A stretch of DNA of 54,582 nt, counting the filler, from Sphacelaria rigidula (taxonomy: Eukaryota): NCBI GenBank assembly GCA_964200075.2. It is 3 parts of 3 records of this genome, joined end to end, with 100 filler letters (N's around TTAATTAATTAA, not from the genome) between each part and the next. Parts side by side here need not be neighbours in the genome. Positions count along the whole stretch, not along the records: positions 18,232 to 36,359 come from CAXNAA020000908.1; positions 36,460 to 54,582 come from CAXNAA020000909.1; 1 more part is not named here. One strand, written 5' to 3'. The position numbers and the translations under genes are program-made. Under the pieces are notes generated by a model that made no database searches, was not told where the DNA came from, and worked only from the letters and a program-made list of their open reading frames with translations. Numbering within the stretch: position 1 is the stretch's first letter; each line of letters begins with the position of its first letter. Positions 27,736 through 36,786 of the stretch are shown here, in pieces.

Positions 27736-29567
27736 ACCCGAAACGACTTCCTTGCGTCAGCACCTCAAGCTGGCAGTACTCAGGAAGACGGAAGTATGAC
27801 CCCGTGGACCCTAGCAGGAGGTACCTATACTCCTGTACCACGATAACCCCTCAGGAGGTATCACCGCGCTCTCAAGCGAGCAATGTAAAAAAGTAGAAAC
27901 ATTCATATATATATATATAGTGATCGCTTAAGTACGAGTACGGGAAAAAAAAGTAACGCAAGTTACGTAGCAGCAAGGAGGAAAATAAAATAAAAGGAGG
28001 AACAACAAAGACAGAATAGACCTCCTTCAAAAGCCCGGATGAAGCGCCTAGAAAAACGGCATGGAGTAGTTCGCCGACGAGAAAACCAAGAATGAGTAAT
28101 TATTGTATTTCCCCTTATGAAAAAATATAGCCATCCAACCATTCCTCCTCAAACAACCATCCGACCATCCATCCTCACAAAAAAAATCACAGAAAAGAAT
28201 GACGAAATACTATACAACAACGAAACCCATCATACGAAATGTATTAGAAATAAAAATTCTATAAAAATAGAGTTCTACAGAGGTGAAGAGGACCCGGCGG
28301 ACTAGTACAGGTGAAAAGTAGGAAGCCGTTGTAATGTATGAAAACGAAACAAAAGAAAAACGCAGACATGAAATAAATGCGCGAACAAAAAACCAGGAGG
28401 AGTAATCCGCCGACCAAAGCAGACACATAAGACAAAAACGTAAAACGGAAATACAACAAGAGAAGAAGAGTAGGGAAAAGGAAATAGGAAGCCGAAAAGG
28501 AACAGGTAGTAAAAAGCGTGCTGCGCATGCAGGTACCGCACAGTACCCCATGGAGGAAAATGACGGTGAGGTAGGTGAGATATCGCCGTCCATAAAAACA
28601 GGAATGACCAACATTGAAAGAAGACAAACACGAACACCGAAAATACAACTTTAAAAGTTGAGTAGGGAAAAGGAAATAAAAAGCCGACAAACGTACAGTG
28701 ACTTGAAATATAATATCATACGCTCTATGAAAAAATGTGGATTCGCAGTAAAAGGAAAAGGGGGTAGGAGGTCGTTGCAATGTAAGAAAACGAAAAAAAA
28801 AAACGCAGGCAGGAACAAAAAGCGCGTAAGAAAACGGGAAGACGTCGTCCGTCGTACACAAAAGCAGGAAACATTAACTCTCACATAACACAAACATGTA
28901 CACCGAAAAAACAAGAAGATAAGTTAAGTAGGGAAAAGGACATGGGAATGGTTGAAAGTATGAGTGACTACAAATAGAAAACCATACGCTCCTGTAAAAA
29001 TAGGTATACCTAGAAACGGAATAAATATACCAAAATAATAAATGGAGAAACGCAAGAAGAAAAACCTGACGTAGAAAAAAAATAAAAAGAAACAGCACTG
29101 ACAAGAAACAGCAAATGTTGAAGACGAAACGAAGGAGAAAAGCGAAGAAAAAAATAGAGAAAATAACTCCCTAAAACGTATGAAAATACAAGTATAACGT
29201 GAAAATCTTAAAAAGGCACAGAAGCAACGATGAAAAAACTAGAAGACCAGACTGTTACAATAGAAGAGAAAATAACTGAGAAAACGCAAGAAGAAACACT
29301 ACAGAAGAAAAAACGCGAGACAGAACCAAAGCAAGAGACACAATACTAAAAATACAATCGAAAGAAATAGAAGAAAAAAATCTGGAAGATAGAAAAATAA
29401 ACGGCAAGGGTGAATGTAGAAAATTGGAATTGGTATACTAATGTAAGAAAAGATACGACACAAAGCACGAGAAAATGAGAAAAAAGCGACAAGCGTAGGA
29501 AATAAAAGAAGTAGAAAATAAAGGGCAGAAAGAAATACCTACAAACGAAAAAATAAAAAATCGAAAA

Positions 29568-31698
29568 CTACGAAGGATGACGACGCTTCCCTCGAGAGGC
29601 GCCACTGCAAAGAGAACACGTACGGGGGGAATCAGGATCAGATCCTGATTGACCACAAGTTCTATGCAACACTCCTTCGCAAGATCCGCTGCAAGGCACC
29701 ATAGCAATGGAAGGCGGTAGAACACAGCCGGGCTCAGTGCAAGGCGAGTGAATCAGAAGCGGTAAGATGTCGGTGCCGTCGTCGGAGGTTCCAGGTCCAG
29801 TGCGGAAGGTCGGTGTAAGAGGAGAATGACGATGGTCAGGAATGGTGAGGTCGGCGGATACGGAGTCGGAGTTGGAGTCGATGGAGAGAGCGGGAGCTAG
29901 AGCAGACGGACGCACGAGGCGGTTAGAATTGTCGTCGGAATCGCTGTCGGGCCCCACAGGAAAGTTGGGTACACCCGGTAAACGAGAGTCGGCTATGGCG
30001 GCCGACGCACGGCGACGATTACGCAATACGCGAACGGCGTCAACGGCATCGACGACCTCGGCGCGGCGACTAGCGTGAACCTTAGCCTGGTCAGCCGTCA
30101 ATTCAACCCATTCGGCATCCTGATGATCCCAGAGTGCAAAACTGTCGCTGACGCGACCACCGACGCCGCCGGAGAAAAATAAGGAGTACGCGTGCTCCCG
30201 ACGGAAAAGAGTAGGACACACAAGTGCTACGAAATACGCCTCAGATCGCAGAGCTTCCATGGGGTGACCTCCGGTGGGGCATATCCACGACGAGCTAGGA
30301 AGGTATTCCCCATCCTGAACCATCCAAGTAACGATCGCGACGGGCGACGGCGTGAGAGGACGAAGAAACTCCTCCCTAAAACGTCGAAGACAGCTCCAGA
30401 AGTTTTTTTTTCCGAGTTCAAGCCGAATTTCCTTGACGGCTTGACGCTGTAGTTTACGGTATTCCGCCAAAGTAACGTTGACCTCGGTTTTGCTGACCCC
30501 CTTGAGTTTTGTTCTGAAGTGGCTCTTCCCAACATCCTCGGAACAGTAGCCGACCATCGCTGGAAGGAGAGAGTAAAGTGCGAGAAAGAGAGAAAAGGGA
30601 AATAATTAATAGTTAATATGAAAAGTAGATAATAAAGTAGAAGGTGAAAGTAGAGGTAGAGCAGGCGAGGAGAAAAAAAGCAGAACTATACAGAGAAGAA
30701 AAATAAGGAAAGAAGGGATAGACAGATGAGAAAAAATAGGTGAGTTGCAGATAACAGCTTTACATAGCGAAACACAAAGAAAATAACAATGGGAGGAAGA
30801 TAACAAACGAGGAGAAGAATGGAATAATGGCGAAAGCTTAACAAACAAGAAGAAAGGTGCTGGGAAGAGGGCAAAAAGAAGAGTGAGGATAGAAGGGAAG
30901 GTGAATAAGAAAAAAAAAACGCGATATCTTGTAAAAATAAAGAGAAAAAAATAAACGTAAGACGTGACAGAAAGTAGGGGAAAAAAAACTTGCCTTCGAA
31001 ACTTTGTTTGTTCCCCAGGGGCTTCACGTCGATTTTGAGGCGAAGATCTGGAGTCCATTCTTCGAAGCTCTTGATGGCGCTCCGAATGTCGGCATTAAGC
31101 TTTCGATCGTTGTCGTATGCCTTGACGATGCCCAACGTCAAGATTCCCTGGATGTGTAAGTTGCCTTTTTTTGCTCCTTGCTCCAGGCTGACGACGCCTC
31201 GTACCGTCCTCTTCTCGAGGAAGTGGGCAGCATCGTCGAAAACATTGGAAGGAATGTTCGCGGCGTCCCGAAATTTAACGGTTAATGAGAAATCGACGGG
31301 GTTGCCCGCCCCGCAGTCGATGATCGAATCGACGATGCCACCGGTGACATCGCAAATTCGTTCAGTAGAACGTAGAGGCGGCCGACCGCGACGCCCAGGC
31401 TGGTCGCTTGTAGCGGACGTGGAAGGAGGTGGCGCTTCAACCATAAATGGCTGGAGAGGTTGAGTAGGAGAGGTGTCCGCCGAGAGGGAGTCATCCGCCG
31501 CAGACAAAGCGGTGCGACGACGACGCGTCCTCCTCGTGCGCGTCGGCCCATCGGACGAAGATGGACGGACAACGCCGTTTGCAGTGGAAATTTGAGTGTC
31601 CACCACGGGCGCAGCATCTGCGGCACGGGTGAAACGCGCGTCATCGTTGTGGGGGGTCGACGACGCCGTCGTTTCTGTCGGAGGCAACGGAAGGGATG
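29568..31698 (-). CDS. Replitron-type HUH endonuclease/transposase with C-terminal PHD finger; exons 31698-30994 and 30559-29568 (5' exon(s) unresolved)
   Basis: Motif I DFSLTV, motif II SLEQGAKKGNLHIQG. Splicing a 434-nt GC-AG intron (AAG|GCAAGT ... CTCTCCTTCCAG|) gives in-frame QSFEAMVGYCSEDVGKSHF (motif III Tyr), then WMVQDGEYLPSSSWI.P..G.PM and Cx4Cx10Cx3Cx4Hx2Cx12Cx2C. No stop in either exon. Confidence 0.85.
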
Positions 31699-32582
31699 CT
31701 GTAGGGGGAACAAGGAAATAGGACGTAGGAAGGAGAAAGAAATGAAATAGTTAAGTACTGGAAGCGAAAAGAGCGTGAAAGCAAGAGAGGACGAGGAGAA
31801 AAGTCATCGAGAAGGAGAAACGAAGGAAACGCATGTAGAAATGAAAGAACTGATAAGACACATAGAACAAACAGGAGATAAGTAACTCGGGAAAAGAGGT
31901 ATGGTACGAGTTACGAATAAACAAAATAATGAGAGGACAGCTCTAGCTATCAACTGGAATCTTTGTGAACATCTATGTATTTTTGATGGACATAATATCC
32001 GCGCCAGGTGCAACAATGACCGCAAGGATACAGTACTTCGCATCAAAAGAATTGCGTCTCTTACAAATCGTTACGCGCAATGTAGAGAATGAGGAATCGT
32101 TACGATGGCGAGAAACATAAAAAATAATAGGGAGAAAGGAGCAGCGGTTCAGAAGCTGCCATTGGGTTAACCTCCGAAATGCCCTGTTCGGGCAAGGAAT
32201 AGGATGTTACAGAAGAAAGAAACGTACACAAAGGATGCGAAGCTCTCCAAAGATAAAACAGTGGAATATCGCGAATGGGGTTGAAAAGTAATCCACAACA
32301 TAGCGTAAAGAACGGAGCGAACCGTAGACGTACAGGTACCTGCAGAGAAATGCGACACGCACTATAACGTATGTTCCGAGGAGGTCCACGACCGCAATCG
32401 AAAATGCTACGAGTAAGTGGAAGAGAGTGAAGGTACGGTTGGGGAGCATTTTTTTTTTATGAGAATAGGATTGTTAGGAGCACTGTAAAATTCGATACAC
32501 CACTCACGAGATACGTGATAGTACACGAGGGATACGTAATCAATGTGCCAGAGATATCCCGAACGAATTTGCAGACGATAAT

Positions 32583-34660
32583 GCTATTACCCATAATATA
32601 GCGTGATGTACAATCGTTAGGAGCCCCTGAATACAAGAAGAATTAGTGCAAAAAGTGCAACCCTATCGTTGCATGGCACAGGAGACGAATGTAGACGGAA
32701 GCATTTGAGATACCGTAAGGAGTAAGAGAAGGACGATTGTAAGGAAAGGAGATAAATGAACCAATTAAAAAAATACAGAGAGGAGAATACTTACAAATGG
32801 TGGGAGAAGGAACGACTGTCAGAGGCGTCGGTTACTGGAAGAACTCCGAAGGAGGAACGCAGGACCAGCACGCTTCGCATCAACGCAGGAGCCTGAACTA
32901 CGCGGGATGTGTTGGATGAGTCGTCGTCGTTGTCGGAGTCCGATGTGAGAATATCCACAACGCCGTTGGGCGTGGTACCGTAAAAGGTCTGGCAAGAGGC
33001 GATCGCAAGACGCTGCTCCTGCGTGGACTTTGTCACAGGTACCTTATTCGCTGCAGAAAAATCCACGAGAAAGAGCGGAGGGGGGCGCAAACGGAGAGAT
33101 GAGGGCAAAGATAATGGTGAGAAAATTAGAAGAGGAATAACGGTAGAAATGCAAAAGGTGTATTTACGAAGCCACAGCGCTACCCAGAAAAAAAGAGGAG
33201 TAGGGGAAGTGAAGGCTTCTATCCACCATAAGTATCGAAGATTAATAGCGGCGAGAGCTACATGTTCACAAAAGAGAGAAAAAAATTGTATCGTGGTACA
33301 AAAAATTGTGCGAACGTGGTTGAGTTACAGCGAAAGACGAAGAAAGACATGACTAAAATAGACAGACAGTAGTACGTATAATACATACCGCAAAAAATAT
33401 ACTGAGTAGTGGAACGAACAGATAACCCTAAATAAAGTACCGATAGACGGGGGCCATAAGTTCGAGTAAGAGTAGAAAGAATATATGTCAAAATGCAATG
33501 TAATTTTAAAGCCGGACGCCCCGGTTGCTCTGTTGGTAACCCCGAACGCTCAGACGGTTGAGTATTGGGGTTAAATTCCCGGAGCCATGTGGGATATTTA
33601 TTATTGCAATCGATAATGCTATGACTCACTATATAGCGCAATCAACAATCGTTAGGTGCCCCTGAATATAAGCAGACTCCGTGCAAAAAGTGCAACCGTA
33701 CCGAAGCATCGCACAAGAGACGAGTGCAGACGGAAGCATTTGAGAAACCGTAGAGAAACAAACAAAATGGACGTATGTAACGAAAGGAGATGAATGAAAC
33801 ATGAACAAAAAAAATAGAGAAGACAACACTTACGTATCTTGGGAGGAGGCAGGACTCTCCGAGGCGTGAGTTACTGAGTGGTCTTCGAGGCAGGAAGGCA
33901 CGGAGTCGTGGTCGAGCACGCGCCGCCTCTTCGCAGGAGCCTGAACTACGCGGGATGTGAAGGCAGAGTCGTTGTCGTTGTCGGAGTCGTCGTCCGATGT
34001 GAGAATTTCCACAACGCCTTTCGGCTTAGTACCGTATAAAGCCTCGCAAGAGGCGATCGCAAGACGTTGCTCCTGCGTGGACTTTGTCACAAGAGCCTTA
34101 TTTATTGCAGAAAAATCCACGAGAAAGAGCAGAGGGAGGCGTAAACGGATAGATGAGGGCTAACATAATGGTGATAAATGAGAAAAAGACTACCGGTAGA
34201 AAAGCAAAAGGTGTATTTACGAAGCCACAGCGCTACCCAGAAAAAAAGAGGAGTAGGGAAAGCGAAAAGCGAAGGCATGCATCCACCATAAGAATCGAAG
34301 ATTAATAGCGGAGAGATCCGCGCTGAAATATCGAAAAACACACAGGAAAAAAACGTGAATGATGAGAAGACCGAGAAGAGGTTGAATGGTCCTATTATAG
34401 TAACACTGTGGACAGGGAGGCGGCTGTATGTTCACAAAACAGATGACAAAAATTGTATCACGGTACAAAATTTTGTGCGAACGTGGTTGAGTAACGGCGA
34501 AAGACGAAGAAAGACATGACTGAATTAGACTGAGAGTAGTACGTATAATACATACCGCAAAGCACATACTGTGTAGCGGAACTGTGAAAAAACTGCGAAT
34601 AAAGTACCGATAGACGGGGGCCACAATTTGGAGTAAGTGCTGAAAGAAAAGATGTCAAAA
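32583..34660 (-). repeat. Diverged tandem duplication of about 0.9-1.0 kb, each copy with an exon-like segment (32795-33050; ~33834-34105)
   Basis: Paralogous peptides VTKSTQEQRLAIASC...VV(D/E)ILTSD...SRVVQAPA. Both end at GTAAGT donors. The acceptor is intact only in the 33050 copy. Confidence 0.85.
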
Positions 34661-34989
34661 CACAAGGTAATATGAGCCAGTCGCACTGGTGGTTCAGTTA
34701 GCAATCTGGGCTATTTTCGACACCCTGTTCAACACTGAAGAGCGACTATGTCGTTGTATACAATAAACTATTGGACTATTGAAAATAAAGCGATCGGAAG
34801 GTAAAGCACTGCTGCAGTAGAGTGAAAAAAAAAGCACAAATTATAGATGGGGAAGGCGGGGGAAAAGAGTAAAGTATACTGACGTTAGCACGATGTCTGT
34901 GGTTGGAAGTAAAAATTGTGATCAGTGGCGCCAAATTGAAATCAAAATTCTAGATGAAAAAGGTGAAAAGACGGCAGCACAATATTGCC

Positions 34990-35310
34990 ACAGTCCCGGT
35001 GGCTCAGGTGGGAAACTCGTAACCCTCTTGCACTTGAGCTGTGGGGTTCAATTCTCGGAGAGACGCAGAATTTTCACACCATGCCCAACAGTGGAGAGCG
35101 ACCATGTCGCGGGTACAAAAATTCGAGTTAACGGTCTATAAGGGAAAGGGACTGCTGACCTCCTCTCGCGAAAAATATAGAAAAGGCAAGCACTGCAGAA
35201 GGAAGGTGGAGGACTAAAAACCAATAATAAAGATTAAGCTCCTGAAGAATGTAACTTCCTCCTGTGTGACCCCACCTGGTGCGTCCACATATACCGAAAG
35301 GTGGAAATTG
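34990..35310 (+). mobile_element. tRNA-derived SINE-like repeat
   Basis: A-box TGGCTCAGGTGG and B-box GGTTCAATTC, followed by a body that recurs inverted at 36895-37135. Confidence 0.6.
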
Positions 35311-35407
35311 GGGCACAGAAAAAACGGAACAAGAATTCACTACAGCAGTAAAGTTACGTCCTAGAAAGCGAAGTGGGAAGAGGGGGGCAAGGCTCTTCTT
35401 CACTCAC

Positions 35408-35726
35408 CCCAGCAGGAAATCGGTGCTTCGATCTGATGTATTTCTTCAGATCCTCCGCGACGTCGCGAGCGTTCTCGTTGTCGGAAGCTAGGAAGCTAAG
35501 AGCACCCATGAGGAACGTTCGATGACTCCGGCCACGCCTTCAGGAAGATATATGTTACCTTGAGATTTAAGGTCGTCCTTGATGTTGTAACCGTTCGCGA
35601 CTCCGACACAAGACGTTTACTCGGGAACGGTGATGGTGATGTGATGGGACGACATATAAATTTGTGGAGATCTTTTGAGGAAGCGCCGGGAAATAAAATG
35701 GATGGCGCGGCGGGGCGAGGCATAAC
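35408..35726 (-). pseudogene. Exon-like pseudogene fragment of a small unknown protein
   Basis: Bounded by CAG| and |GTGAGT. Reads VGVANGYNIKDDLKSQGNIYLPEG...SWVLLASDNENARDVAEDLKKYI once an 8-bp duplication (35483-35498) is removed. One upstream TAA. Confidence 0.4.
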
Positions 35727-36359
35727 CTGCGGGTTTTACAGAGCCGGTGCGTCTCGCAGATTACGTCAGTTTGACGATGGAATTAGCCCAAAAGAAATAA
35801 AACCCAACGTATGAAGAGAAAATTATAAAAGAGACGTGGAGATCAAAAGTTAAGCGGTTGACTTTACGGCCATTTGACGATGAAATTAGCCGAAGTGAAA
35901 AAAATGACGTACATAATCTGATAAAATTATAGCCGACAAATTAGCCGAAGTAAAAAAAGGGTGCACATAGTATGCCAAAATTATAGCCGAGGAGGTCAAT
36001 GTTGAAGTGGTTGAGATGTGCACTAGGCGAGGCGATATAGAGGCGGATCTTATTGATCAGTATTTATGTGGAAATGGGTGGAAAAGTTCTAAAATGGAAC
36101 GAGTAGAGGGTGACGACCTAAGACGAACGTTCGGCGTCTGATGCGCAACGCATGTTCAGTGCAGTACATGTGCAGTAGGCGAGGCGACGTAGAGGTGGAC
36201 CTTGTGGGCATGGGTTTATGTTATATACATTGGCGATGATGTATGTATTGAAGAGTAGTAATAGTAAATTAAATGTAGGCAATCGGCAGATGCCGAAGTC
36301 ACAAAATGGAATACATTGTACTCATGATCATGCCTGCCGTAGTCATCAGACCATTGACC

Positions 36360-36459
36360 NNNNNNNNNNNNNNNNNNNNNNNNNNNNNNNNNNNNNNNNN
36401 NNNTTAATTAATTAANNNNNNNNNNNNNNNNNNNNNNNNNNNNNNNNNNNNNNNNNNNN
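36360..36459. other. Artificial assembly spacer (44N-TTAATTAATTAA-44N)
   Basis: Same 100-bp linker as 18132-18231. Confidence 0.97.
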
Positions 36460-36550
36460 CCCCCCCCTTCCCGCCCCCCGAAAAAACAGAGGGACTTCAC
36501 TGCGTGTGTACAACAATGAACTAATACGACTGAATGAAATCCGTGCGTAG

Positions 36551-36786
36551 GTGTCTCCGGGCTACAAGCCGATGGAGGAAGGGGGGTGCCGAGTGTACCG
36601 AGGGATGCTGGGGTTCGTGCAGGCAAGGCTTTACGTGAAGGGCCGAGGAGACTTTCAGAACAGCAAGCGCCGTTCCATCACTGCTTTCTACCGAATATTG
36701 GCAAAACGGATCGCCTGTGGGGTGGCGGACCAGCCGATGGCAGTTCTGCACTTGGATGGGGACACCGGCTCGGCGTCGCCGAAACG
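36551..36786 (+). CDS. CHS-like exon 1 (visible): K..NSKRRS and DGD motifs
   Basis: tag|GTG ... CG|gtcagt; HLDGDT. Confidence 0.8.

Larger units (their letters stand above)
27900..36359 (-). mobile_element. Putative Replitron (HUH transposon) region; termini not resolved
   Basis: Contains the HUH transposase gene, strong purine/pyrimidine strand skew, further co-oriented exon-like segments and repeated AAATTAGCCGA motifs (35780-35990) before the gap. Confidence 0.55.

Noticed and set aside
28117-29104. Phe/Leu-rich or Lys-rich ORFs as membrane or basic proteins
   Set aside because: By-products of the compositional skew; no motifs or clean splice structure.
30519-30540. DVGKS as a Walker A motif (CRESS SF3 or Helitron helicase)
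   Set aside because: No GxxxxGKS spacing and no Walker B; it sits directly after the catalytic Tyr.
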